Assembly: GCA_051294905.1 (NCBI GenBank)
Contig: CM119371.1
Span: 2,358,001-2,422,000, forward strand
Length of the DNA stretch: 64,000 nt
Origin: Botryllus schlosseri
Taxonomy: Eukaryota
Direction: 5' to 3'
Shown: one piece after another, positions 36,122-48,740 of the stretch
Numbering within the stretch: position 1 is the stretch's first letter
How the letters are laid out: the number at the start of each line of letters is the position of its first letter
Notes under the pieces: model-generated
Database searches by the model: none
Told to the model about the DNA's origin: nothing
What the model saw: the letters and a program-made list of their open reading frames with translations, nothing else
Made by a program: the position numbers and the translations under genes

Positions 36122-39060
36122 TATATGCATTGTAATATTATTTGAGCCATAAGAAGATGACGGGGCGCAGTGGCTTACTACGCGAGTCAGTCGGTGTGAA
36201 TAAGCAGGCGCGTGGTCAGCAACGAAATACAGTCCCTATTTCTGAGGTACTCGAGTCACTTTTGACTACTATCACAGTTACCAACGTACTTGCCCTCGAC
36301 AGTTTTATGGGGACATACTCTTTTATAATTCGGATAGAAAAGCGATTTCACGATACCGACATTTCTTAAAAACTGCTTGAGTACTCCAAAGCTATATTTT
36401 GTCCTTCCGTTTTGAAGTAAATGTGGCATGTGTTGTAAATCGCTCCAGCTATCTCGATAACCTCGCCAGAATGCGTAGTTTCGTCAGGATCTGCAGTTCT
36501 CAGCACGTTGTGCATACACAGAGAGAGGGACTGCAGTGGCGACTTGCTTCAGTCGAGTAACGGGCGATGTCGATTTCACACGCATTCCAAAATATATCAT
36601 GTGAGAATGATACACCACCACCCCGGCTATTTTCGGTACGACGTTGGATCATTTGGCTGTACTAAGGTATGTATACCCCGGCATGGTCGAGTGCGTTCGA
36701 TCTTTTTCATGTTACGGTAGTTTGGGCGCTTTTACTATTCACATGTTTACACAGGCCCCCGTATCCACGTAATAGCCGGCACAATACCACCATAGCGTCA
36801 TTTTTCCGATTTGGCTACGTAAATACCCGACTTTTGTAATCTAGGCCCACATTTTGCGTTACTCGTGATGTTTTTTGGATATGTTAAGCTAACAAAGAGG
36901 ACAAATTGACAGAAAGAGAGTACATTTGGGAGAAGAGGTGACATATCTGGGAAAAGTAGTACATATGCTCCCCTAAATGAGGCCGTATGGTAACCCTACT
37001 AAAATAGGAGGGTCGATGGGGACAACAAATGGATCGTATCGTGTTGCTGTCAACCAGAAAACGAGAGTTTTGTCAAACAAGGGGACTGATGACTGACATC
37101 GACTGTGTCACGCTCGATTGATCACAGCTGATTTGCGTACAGCACACTGCATCAAAATTACAAGTATTCGAATGACAAGTCATGAGATGCCGTCTGTGTG
37201 ATCATCGTTCCTGTCGAAAAATTAAGCCATTTTCTCGAATTCCCCACCGCCCGACGGTTGTATTGCTAGCCTATTCCCGGACTCTTTGGACCTGGATTCA
37301 CAGCCCCTGTTAGTGATCACCATGTTTCAATACTAGCGTCAACAACCCTGTCAAAGGAGTCGTACGAAATATTATCGTTTGAACGTGGTGGATTAGCTTT
37401 TTCATAATAATATGAATGAAATTTACATGGATATATCCCGTTGGAGTTGTTGGCGGATAAAGTTGTTATCGTTGTGTGATTTTGCCAATATGCTCCTTGT
37501 GGTGGCAAATCTAATTACACTAATAACACCTGTACAGACAAACAGAAGTCCGCCAATGAGTCGATACAAAGTCTCGCTGTACGTGAATGAATGTACAACG
37601 ACACCCCCCTTACAGCAGAACTGTTTTGTCTGGACGGGGGTGGTCACGATTCGTTTCCGGCGCGTATTTCATCAGTTTTGGTTAAACCTGGGCTGGATGC
37701 GGCCCTTGCGTAAGCGGTGTCCTATAAAAGCCAAGAATTTAGCTGTAGTACAAGTCGGCGACAACGGAATAGAAATGAAAAACATTCTGGTCTGGTGTCA
37801 ATCAATCACTCGGTTTATTAATATTTCCATCATTTCAAAACATCACAAGACTGCGATACCATGAAAAATGACCATAGTAGTCAACAAACACAATGAATAC
37901 CCCAAAACAAACAATATATGTAGCAAGTCTGCGAAGGGTGCTTAATGCTTATAGTCCATGAAATTGATATAAACACTGCATAGACGACAAATGTAAAACA
38001 TTTATCATGTGTAGTCTACGGGATATATCTTGATTGGATTCTCGATGAGGGTGTTGGCTATACTGTATAAGTTGTTTTTTGAGATAATATCTGGCGTAAG
38101 GATAGAAACTGGTGTTCCACTCCCAAATATAGATCATTCCAGTCCAGCCGATTCCTCGTTGCCATTTTTGGCAAAGCGACCGAATATATTGATTTTGTGG
38201 AATTATTATAGCATTCAATTGTTCTAGTGAATGTATTTGGGGACATTTGAAAAGTCAGCAGGTACGCCACCACAGAGGCATAATATGTCCCGAGTCGTCA
38301 CGAGTTATCATGTATATCAATATATTATTTTACGAAATTGTAGGGTTTGAACTAGGAATATGCTGTTTGGTGACCCTTATTGACACGAACCAAAACCTTT
38401 CAGGGGTTCGTACCATCCCTAGTAGGTAGTCCGCGACTGATGCTTATGCAACCAAGCAATGACATTGATATAAACTGCACATCGTTGTCTAACGTAGAAA
38501 ATCTAACAGGCGTACTATTTCTTGTCTTTATTATTTTTGGCCCTATAAACACTGAGACGGTGAGGCTTCTTGCTCAAGCATTACAGTACTTATGAGACGC
38601 GGCATATTATTTGTATTTATTTTTATTGAAAAGATTGCTTGAACATGAAACTATGTCGAAATTTGCTGCGGTCTGCTTAAGGGGGCGGCATTTTCAACGA
38701 AACCCATCGACTGCAGCGCCAGCTGATACGCCACTGCAGGAACCATCTTGATTTCATATGTTTATTGTATCATAAAACCAAATACGTGCAATTAGGGTGT
38801 TGGCTAAATTTTTAATTGGGTAATATCGGTAGCAATGAAAAATATTTGCTCAATGTCAATGTAGCAATAACTAAGGACGACATGATTTCTGCTTTTTCGC
38901 CGAAAAAGTGACAACGAAGTCAATTTTTCTACGCTGATTACGAATATGAAGTCGCTTTTTTCTCACGTCACGATTGTTTATCATCTGTGATTTGAAATTT
39001 TGCATTTCATTGCTAAAAACAGACTGTTCTGTGACATATTCCATGCTATTGGGTCATAGC

Positions 39061-42000
39061 CAATGTTCCCTCTAAGCTGCGTACGGGCGCAAATGCGCAG
39101 TGCTGAACCGGTCTCTGCGCACAGAAAATCTTAGCTGCGCACAAAAAATCTGTAGGGATGACTTTTTTTCTTTTTTCAATTGTTGTTCTCCAAGGTACCG
39201 CGCAAGCGCGCACACTCGTGAAAAATCAGGCGGAACATTGCCAGGGGGCAATAGTATTATCGATGAAGTCTGAAACCGAGGGACAAGTGCGGTCAGTAAA
39301 GTTAAATATTGCGCTATGTGAAGAAATGATAATTTGCAATGACGTGCGCCTCACGAAAGAGATTTTTCTTTTAGTATAAGGCAGTGGTTCCCAAACTTTT
39401 TCGGTGTGAGGGCCAAATTTCGAATTTCAGAGCACGCTCGGGGCCGCACGAATACTACGGCTATGAAACGGACCCAAACAGTCATCATGGCTATTTCGGA
39501 GTGGTTTTATTGCCCTGGCGAGATTTTAAAAATGTACACTATTTACCGCTACTTATATGCTGCATTGCTCGGGTGTCCGTTAAGTTAATCAACTTTACAC
39601 GTCTATACGCGCGAAGCGCGAGAAATTTCTTTACTTTCATGACTGAATCGGTCAATATGATCGGGAATGGCTCAATTGCATGTATTTTTATAATTTTCCT
39701 CTTGTCTCTGTTCACGTAATCTGATTTACCGGTAGAGCTGAGTGAGGTGTGTTTGAAAAGGTGTATGCCCCCTCAATAGTAATTAAACATATCCGGGGGT
39801 ATACCCGTTGGCAAGAACGTAATGGCACTTCGTCAGGACCCCGGGCTCCCATAGGGTGATACACTGACCCCACATGACGTTGTTCGCTTTTTGCCACGAA
39901 ATTAAAGTTGTACTGTTTATTGAGACAGCGCGACGCGCCAATATTTCGATAATTCATGATAAAATCGGGAATTGCATGGTTGTCTCTTTGCCCACGTAAT
40001 CCGATTTACCGGTAGAGCTGAGTGAGAGGTGTCTTTGAAACTGCAGACCCAATAAAATTAAACATCTTCCGGCGGGCAGACCCATAGATATGATTTTTCC
40101 TCATTATGCTATTTCGTGACATCCTGTCTGCTATATCAAAAAATGTAGAATAGCCCAAACCTACGTTATCAAAAAATGTAGAATTGCCCAAACCTACGAA
40201 ACTGGAAGATACCACGATTTCAGATTGGTATTTCTTCACTGGCATATAATTTTATTTCCTGCGGGATGGTATTTGTCTTGTGATGTTCAGATTGTCAAGA
40301 CGAGAACATTCGGCGCCAGCCATTTAGGCGCCTATATGCACAAATAAACCTATATGTATTTTTGTATATAACGAGGCTTTTGGTATTTCGAAGTTTCTGG
40401 TCAGCATAAAAGCAGCCCTTTTCGGCCAAGGCTTTCTCGCTACCGATCGTTCTGACACACGTCTTGGAGTCACATGTTACATGGCCTAAAACTTTATACG
40501 TCTTGGTGCGTTGTGGTGCGGTCATGTCCAACGCTGATATGCCCATTTCTACAAATCTTGCGTATTTTGTCTTGGGGAAGAGCACCCAATAATCAAGGTA
40601 TGCGGCGAGACATTTTTGAAGAAGTTGCATAACTTTTCAAAAAATACTCTATAATTTATGCTAATTAACGAAATAATTTTGGGCCCCCTTCGAGCTCGAC
40701 CCACCTCAATTGGGGGTTTGGGGTGCGGCAGTTACGGCCCTGAATATAGCACTACCAATTATGCTGCTTTTAGCCGACTAAGCAGTATGCATTTCGGCGT
40801 ATTCAACCATGAGTCACGTGTTTCACATCTAGTTATCACCGGGTTACCATACGTCCTCTTTTAAGATTATTTGTCTTTTTTTTAAAAAAACGTGTCCTCG
40901 GAGGACGCCCAAATGTCTTTTTATTTTGAGGATTTTGGTTACATATAGGGCCAAATTCGACTGATATACATCAAATCAGCACTGTAGGAACGCAACGGCG
41001 GCTATTTCGGGAGCTGGACCGGGAAGCTGACCTTTTTTTCAGTCAACCACATGTTATTTATTTTCAGTTAACCACATGTTATTGTGAAAGAAAAACTGTA
41101 TTTTCCGGGAGTTGAGCCTCTTTTTCTTTTTTAGTCAGGAGACCACGAGGGAGAGATTTTCCTCCGGTTTTGAAAGTTATCAATACCTATTTATATATCT
41201 ATAGCTACTTGCTCGTTCAACTGGAAAGTTAGGGCATATTGCATTGAAACAGCAGTGACGTAACGTTAGCAGTCTATACTCACAACTTTCCTGCAATTCT
41301 ATAATTAAAAAGTAGAGAGGCCAAGCCAAGCCAGAGTATTTTATAAATATGATTTTTTTTTTCATAAATCGATTTCTGAATATATTTTGGGGGCCGCAAG
41401 AAGGCTCTCTGGGGGCCGCACTTGGGAATCACTGGTATAAGGTCTCGTGAGCGATACTGGTATCATTTCAGTAGCACAATCTTTTCTGGGAATGGCGAGA
41501 TAACATGGTTTAACTAAATAACAATGGGCTAGCGCGAAGGTAATCTGCGAGAAACTAACGAATAGCCTAGTCTTCTCCGTGTGGCATGAACATTGCGTAA
41601 GATTTACTGTACAATTACATGCCGTGAATTTTCGAAGTCATCACTTTCATCAGGCAAATCTGATCACGTATGGTGAGATAGGATAATATGCAGAATATGC
41701 AAGTACAAGCACCAACATTGTTGAAAAATCCACCCCCTTGCAAACGTCCACCAGTAAACGCTGCAACTGTGCACTGTAGGGCGTGGAATTACATCAGCTT
41801 CTCAGCTTCAAAAATTTTAATATTATTCAATTCGTTTGAACGGGAGTTTTCTGTCGATAAGGTAATACCTAGGATACCACATTTTGGAAATCTGAAAAGA
41901 GGACACTTTTGCAATACCGGAGGAAAATACTGAAAAATTGTGAATTGTTTCCACTTCGTAGTCGCAGGGCCGTAACTGCCGCACCCCAAACCCCTCTATA

Positions 42001-43082
42001 TTAATAGAAATGGGCATATCGGCGTTGGCCATTACCGCGCCACGACGCACTAAGTCTTAGTGACTAAGACATATAAGGTTTTAGGCCATGTAACATGCGA
42101 CTCCAAGAAGTGTGCCAGAACGATCGGCAGCGAGAAAACCTTGGCCGTAAAGGACTGCCCTATGCTGACCGAAAACTTCGTTATATATGCGAAATACATA
42201 TAGGTTTAATCGCACATATAGGCGCCTAAATGACTGGCACCGAATGTTCCTGTCTTGGCAATCTGAACCCCATAAGACAAATACCATCCCGCAGGAAAAA
42301 AATATATGCCAGTAAAGAAATACCAATGCAAAATCGCGTGATCTTTCAGTTTAGTACGTTTGGGCGATTCTATATTTTTGATATAACAGACAGGAGGTCA
42401 CCTCACTCAGCTCTACCGGTAAATCTGAATATACGTGAGTAGAGAGGACCTGGAATTGATAGCAAAAAATATGCATTTCCCGATCTTATTGACCGATTTT
42501 ATCATGAATTTTCGAAAATTTTCGCGCTTCGCGCTGGCTCACTATACAGTGCAACTATAATTTCGTGGCCAAAGCGAATAATGTAAGGGGGGGGCAGTTT
42601 ATCACCCTATGGGAGCCCAAGACTCAGGTTTTTTTTTAGGAGGGGGGCTAACGAAGTGCTGTTTCGTTCCTGCCAACGGCTATATACACCGGGAGATGTT
42701 AAATTATTATGGAGGGGTCGTACCTTTTCAAACACATCTCCCTCAGCTCTACCGGTAAATCAGATTACGTGAGCAGAGAGAGGATAAAAATAGATAGCAA
42801 TACGCAATTACCGATCATATTGACCGATCCAGTCATGAATTATAGAAATTTGTCGCGCATCGCGCGTTTAGGCGAGGAAAGCCGACCCACTAAACGGACA
42901 CTCAATGTAGCAGATACAAGTTGCGGTAAACAGCGTATAGCCTGAGGGGGTGTGGGGCCAAAGCCCCCCCAGAAGTTCGGCTTATCACCATATGGGGGGC
43001 CTGGTTGCGCACTGTTGTCCAAGGGCCTGCGCAGTGAGTTGGCATCTTTGCGCAGACTCGCGAAAAATTAGAGGGAACATTG
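39061..43082. mobile_element. Non-autonomous hAT element (outer shell of nest 4)
   Basis: TIR CAATGTTCCCTCTAA; perfect TSD GTCATAGC (39053-39060, 43083-43090). Confidence 0.92.
39382..41434. mobile_element. hAT element nested in 39061-43082
   Basis: TIR CAGTG(G/A)TTCCCAA; perfect TSD GTATAAGG. The flanks rejoin to match 21100-21640. Confidence 0.93.
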
Positions 43083-43299
43083 GTCATAGCTATATTGATT
43101 GTGACGTCAACGGAATATGTCAAAGTATTTAGGTACTCGAATACTCAAGTAGAAGTAAAAGTAAGTAGCAAGTAGCCTATTATAGGTCTAGTGTTTGATA
43201 TCAATATCAATCTAATATTATCTTATTTTTAAAACATCACAGGACTGCGATACAATGAAAAGATAAAAAGGCGTCGAAACGAATTGTAGTAGTCTCTCC

Positions 43300-44750
43300 T
43301 ACGCGATGTAAAGAAGAAATATGCACGACACACTGAATTAAAAATAAACGACATTGAGGCTGTGAAGCATTTGTAAACCAAAAAAACTTTAGAATTTCGT
43401 GTGCCAATGGTTTTAAGAGAAACACGCAGACATGGAAAGATTGTTACATTTGGTCATGTTTTTTGGGGGATTCAATGTCAAAAATGATCATAAAATTACA
43501 TATCCAATTTGACTTGCGTAATTCGACCGACTCCTCATGGGCCAGATGTCACAATTCCGTTGCCGTCAAAATTTTTACTAATAGTTGAAGAAGATTCTCT
43601 CGGTAAGAGCCATTGTCTGACGCGATCAGCAGCTATGATCTGAAGCTATATCAGGTTGAGCTAAATATATTTGTCATAAATGTGAATTTTGCCAAAGGAA
43701 TTAGCTCTTATTGTAAGTTTCAGATTAAAAGCTAGACGTATTCTCGGCACTGATACCTCGCCTCCGAGCCCTCTTTTGTCTATGTTGTCGTTGTTCAAGG
43801 CCTTATAGAGATATTGGGAACTGTGAATTGCGCCTTGTTATTCATGCATCAAGCCTCAAAGCTAATTTGTCACACAATACAAATCATTGTGCGTTTAACT
43901 CCGTATCTGGTACAACTGAAATCAAGGGATCATAAGAGAATATGAAACGTTTGATTTAAAATTTGGAAGATGTTATTCAAACTACTCAAACGTGTGAAGT
44001 TTCCGTAGATTTTGAACTCATAAATATGCTACTGGTTTAAGTGTCTAAAACTACGAGGTATCCTTGTTTTATTTGTGAATGGGATAGTAGAAATCATTAA
44101 TTAAATGTCAGTGGCCAATGAGGGAGTATCTTGCACCAGGCTCTACAACAGTGGTTCCCAACGTGGGCGATTTGGTGGCGAAAATGACGGAGTGGGCGAT
44201 AGGGGGCGATGACGCGTCTAAACGGCTGTCCTTTTTTTAGTCAACCCACGGAAATTTAGTTACAAAAGTGTCAAATTAGACATCGACCCGATAAGATGAC
44301 CTTTTTTGTTTTTGTTTTTTCAGTCAACCCGCCGGTGATTACAGTTGGTATGTTGGCGATGATCGGTGTTGAGCTTGAAAAAGGGGACGATGGGTCGAAA
44401 AATGTTTGAAACCACTTCTCTACAACGTTGCAGAGCCTGCTCTGATCGACATATGTAACGTTGTATTTCCCTAATGATAGCTTATTTATCAAACCATCTC
44501 ATGAAAAAGTTTTCAAATGCTCTTTTCAAAAAGAGTTCACGTTCTTAATGCATCCACGAAAAGTTTCCTCTCTCGAGTTAATACAATAAAGTGTGTAAGT
44601 GTATATTTGTTGTACATCAGAACACTTACCAAAACCCCCTAATTATTATTAATAAAGCGTGTCTGGAAAAAAATACATGACTATCTGCAATGCAAGTTGC
44701 ATCTAAATTCCCTGGAAACACCAAGTATCGTGATTATTTGGAGGGTATTG
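43300..44750 (+). pseudogene. Decayed Chapaev3-like (CMC superfamily) DNA transposase
   Basis: Ordered motifs across frameshifts and stops: FRVPMVLRE..H..DCY, KNDHKITYP..IRPTPHGPD..IP, QVELN..PKELA..RLK, ELRLVIHASSLKANLSHNTN, VDFELINMLL..RYPCFICEWDSR, WPMRE..PG..NV..ALID, EKFP, FPGN.K. Confidence 0.8.
44149..44417. mobile_element. hAT MITE inserted in the Chapaev3-like transposase
   Basis: TIR CAGTGGTTCCCAAC-like; perfect TSD CTCTACAA. Confidence 0.9.
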
Positions 44751-45412
44751 TTTCAGACAATAAAACCTCCAATCCAACAAAGTAAGGAAACGGCCATCAC
44801 CATCCATGAACCTCTCCGCACGTTACTCGTTTACCATTATGTTTTAAGTGTGTAGTACTAGGATCAGGTTAGCCTATATGGATATAATGCGGAGTTCCAG
44901 ATCCACATCACAATATACTCGCCATCACAATACATATTACAGTGGATTACCTCGAACCTGCGAAAAGTCATGTGTGAACGAATAAGTGATCCTATGACGT
45001 CACATGATGTCATATTGCTGATTCCAACCCTAAATTTCAGTATTCACGATATCCAGTGACGACTCAGGCCAGATTATGCCACGATGCTTAAGTACGTGCC
45101 GACAGCAATCCCGGCAATGTATTCGGCATTTCTCTTATCACGTCACATTTTTCATCACAACTGGCAAAAGATTTGTCTAATTCAAGTTTTGCATGCTCCA
45201 ATAAGGCAAGCAGCGTGATAAGTACAGGTTTTTACGGACCAAATATGGCGCACACGACGAATCTCATGTATATTGGGTTCGAATTGGTTCTAGCTTGACG
45301 TCACGGCTTTCAATTATGACGTGGAAGATTATTGACATGTATGGCTCTTTAAGAGTTGGAACGGAGAAATAGGGTCAATATGGCTTTGCATAAAAAAGAG
45401 GTTGCCGGCCCC

Positions 45413-46093
45413 TGCTTTAAAGATTTGGCCACATGATCGAGCAATCGTGGTACTTGAATGAAATCCAGGTACATCGTCTCAAAGTTCATCCGGGCTACAC
45501 TGACGGCCTTCATTGTGCTTAATCGAAGTATCAACAATCAACATGCTGATGCCCCATAACACTAACAAAATTAACATGACTCCTTTTTCACACATTTTGC
45601 TAGTCCGTGACAAAGAGCCTCGAGGTGGCCCATTCTCCCTAATTGAGACCCCATATCGGATGAAAAATCATTCAACTTACCATGACTCGATGGAGTAGCT
45701 TCTCCTTCAGAACTGGTGAAGTTGAACACATTTTTTACGTTCGTCTGATTTCCGGCCACAAGGTTAACCGTGCTCTTATTGAACCTCAGATTAACATTTT
45801 CACCTTGAGCCAAAGTTGTAGATCCTAAAACACAAGTCAGTACTGTACTGCGTGCCCGGTTACATACATGTTCTTGTCATAAAATAAATTGGGATTCTAT
45901 TACGTTCTTCGATATATTTCTGTATATTCTTTACACAGCGAGCGAAATGTGCAGAATTTGAATAAGTATACAACTGTTTAATAAGTGGTCTGCGCTAAAA
46001 AAACAGACATTACTTACCCCTTGCTTGTGGTGATAATGACGTAGGCATTTCTTCAGCGACACCAGAATCGTGATCTTGACCCCCTTCTGCCAT
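45413..46093 (-). CDS. Spliced gene or recent pseudogene of unknown function: exon 1 46093-46018, exon 2 45824-45681, damaged exon 3 ~45560-45413 (RHIM-like and CARD-like features)
   Basis: Start context ACCATGG, donor G|GTAAGT, branch/acceptor CTGACttgtgttttag|, second donor G|GTAAGT. Both introns are phase 1 and the frames join: MAEGGQDHDSGVAEEMPTSLSPQARGSTTLAQGENVNLRFNKSTVNLVAGNQTNVKNVFNFTSSEGEATPSSH. Confidence 0.7.
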
Positions 46094-46399
46094 GGTATTA
46101 TTAGCGTGGTACTAATCAGCTAGCGTATATGACAATACTGGAAATATATATTAATTACAATTCGTAAAGGAGGTTTATGTAGATCTTGTCGTGACTATCA
46201 GTTGCAACTGATATGATGCATCTGATAAAAATGTTATAGATCAGCGGTTCTCAGCCGCCGAAATTGGACCGGCGTCGGTCGGTTTCAAGTTTCCTGCCAG
46301 TCTGCCAAATATACTACAATATCACATGTCAATTGAAAACGCACGAGGATGGTCCCTGGTCTAGATAAATATAACGTAAAATTTGCAATTGATCTAGAG

Positions 46400-46945
46400 C
46401 AGGGGTGGGCGACATACGGCCCGCGGGCCGGATCCGGTCCGCGAAGGGATTTTGTCCGGCCCGCGGACAGTTTTCTGTCTTACATGATAATGTGGCCCGC
46501 GGCCCTAATATTCAGAGATTCCCTACTACTTGCGTAAACGTAAAATTTTAGTGACTGTATGTTATTATACACATATATGCGCACTGCGTAGTGAGCGAGG
46601 GTGGTGCTTACTCGTGAGTTAGTCGAAGCGAGAAGACTTGCATTATCGGTATTTACGATGTACTCAAGCCGAATGTCATTTGTGGTAATCATGATGTTTG
46701 TCGACTACAATGGTCATTTACACTAGGCCGATATCTCATATTTTTGATTCCGTAATCGTCGACTTGTAGCATGGCACAATTCTAGGCTTTTGTAAGACAT
46801 CACTTATGCCAGGGGTCGCCAACTCGAAACGGGTCGCGGGCCACTTTGAAACTTCGTAGAGGCCGCGGGTCGCATGAATTCAATATCGAGATAAAACAGG
46901 CCACACAGTTGAACAACCACGCTATATCTCATCACCTGCTACACC
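46400..46945. mobile_element. Partial inverted copy of the 15641-19606 hAT element, lacking the 16178-19259 insertion
   Basis: Begins CAGGGGTGGGCGAC; reverse complement of 19268-19606 joined to ~16000-16177. Confidence 0.85.
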
Positions 46946-47699
46946 AGGGTGGCCAACCTGCGGCTGTAAGGGACATTCGTGCGGCCGTGGATAACTAATT
47001 AAATTAGTACCGTATGTGTTGGCGGCCGTCGACATGCAATTTGAATTTACAAATTGAGTTCCGATTTTTTGAGAGATCCTAATTAATCTTCAAGATTTCT
47101 TCGCGCTGCGCGCAATTCAATGGCAAGGGGTGCATTTGCGATGTTTGTTGTCTAAATGACGTCACACTGGATTATTCCGGCGTGAAAATGTGACTTCATG
47201 GTGGTCGCACACAGTTTGTATGGGGTATAGACATTAAGCATGGTTAACTAGGCTTAAGTATTTCAAATTATTCGGAAGAAAATATGAAGTACAGTAGTTA
47301 TTACCTGCATATTTTAACGTTTGTATCAGTAGCATAATGCGCGCAGCGCGATTTCATAGTTGCAAAATGTTCCGTGATGAGTTAATGTCGAATAACCAGA
47401 ATGACACCGCTGCACTATACTTCGGAAAAAATGTATTGGAATATAAACTCGAGCCGAGCAATCCCTACTATCGGGTAATATTGATCGAGACACTGTTTGC
47501 AGTAGACCACATGCTTCCGATCACGATAACTTATTTCGTTTCAACTAGAGGCACTGCCTCTGGTACCAACACTGTAAACGTGTATAAGAAGGCGTCATTA
47601 TCCTCGCTCATACGCCAGTCATTCATTTTCATCGAAATATGTTGAGTAAAAATATAATGGTGCCCTTTCCTCCTGCGTACGATGGCATGATGGTACAAT

Positions 47700-48740
47700 G
47701 ACATGATAGCCATCGAAGTTAGGGAATTTTTAGATGCTTACTACTCTAACTCAATGTTCATATTCACAGATGGGTCGAATACCGCGAATGGATCCGGACA
47801 CTCGGTATATGTGCCAAGTATATATTGACCTGAGAATCGCTCACGCTGATCACTGAAATTTCTCGTCATTCACAGCAGAATTATGTGCCATTAAATGTGC
47901 CTTGAATTGGATACACCAAAACAACATTACCGACTCCATCATTTTAACAGATTTAATTAGTGCTCTGCAATACGTACATAATTTCCGTTCAGCTCGACAC
48001 CTCATAATCAATGAAGTCGTGGAAATAGGACATCGCCCGAAGAATAGAAGCATGTCAACTACAATTGAGTGGATACCCAGACATTCCGGCGTCAGAGGAA
48101 ACGAAATTGCAGATCGACTTGCAAGAGAAGCCGCAAACATCGCAAATGAAACCACGACCCACGATTTACCGCTAACAGACGCAACAACGTTAATGTTCCG
48201 CCATTGCATTCGATCTGGAATGGACAATACCAAAGTAATGACCAGGGAGCAACGTATCGACAATACCAGCCTAACATCGACACGACAATTCCAAGACAAG
48301 AATCGAGAAAAAACGAATCCACGTTATTTCGGTTACGAACGGGACACTGCGGATTGAATGAACATCTCCACAGGATAGGGGTGTTTGCGACACCGCTGTG
48401 TGTCCATTGTGGAGTCATCGAAGACGTGCGCCATTTTTTAAAGGATTGTCCGATACTAGAACAACGCAGACGGATACTAAGGAACAGTGCGCATCGAAAT
48501 AGAATACAATTCGACTTTGAAATCTTATTGAAAGACACCAATATATTACGACACGTAATCGACTTTGCAACATCATCGGGACGCCGTATATAATTATTTA
48601 CATTTGACTTCTGACTGAGAGTATCATGTACTGAATTTGCAAATTAGCTTGTGTTAGTGATGGAATTTGTGTCACGTGGTGCAAAAGACCACGCTGTTAT
48701 AAGCACCATAACATGCTTTTATTATTAAATAATAATAAAA
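47700..48740 (+). mobile_element. 5'-truncated non-LTR retrotransposon (I/Ingi/Nimb-like) 3' end: RNase H plus CCHC, frameshifted
   Basis: IFTDGS, SSFTAELCAIKCAL, EWIPRHSGVRGNEIADRLAREAA, LFRLRTGHCGLN..PLCVHCGVIEDVRHFLKDCP; TAA-rich tail at ~48720-48740. Confidence 0.9.

Noticed and set aside
36142..38600. Downstream RING/UBA exon for the IAP, or other genes among the 60-150 aa ORFs here
   Set aside because: I saw no C3HC4 pattern or recognisable domain; the ORFs overlap repeat fragments and lack consistent splice frames.
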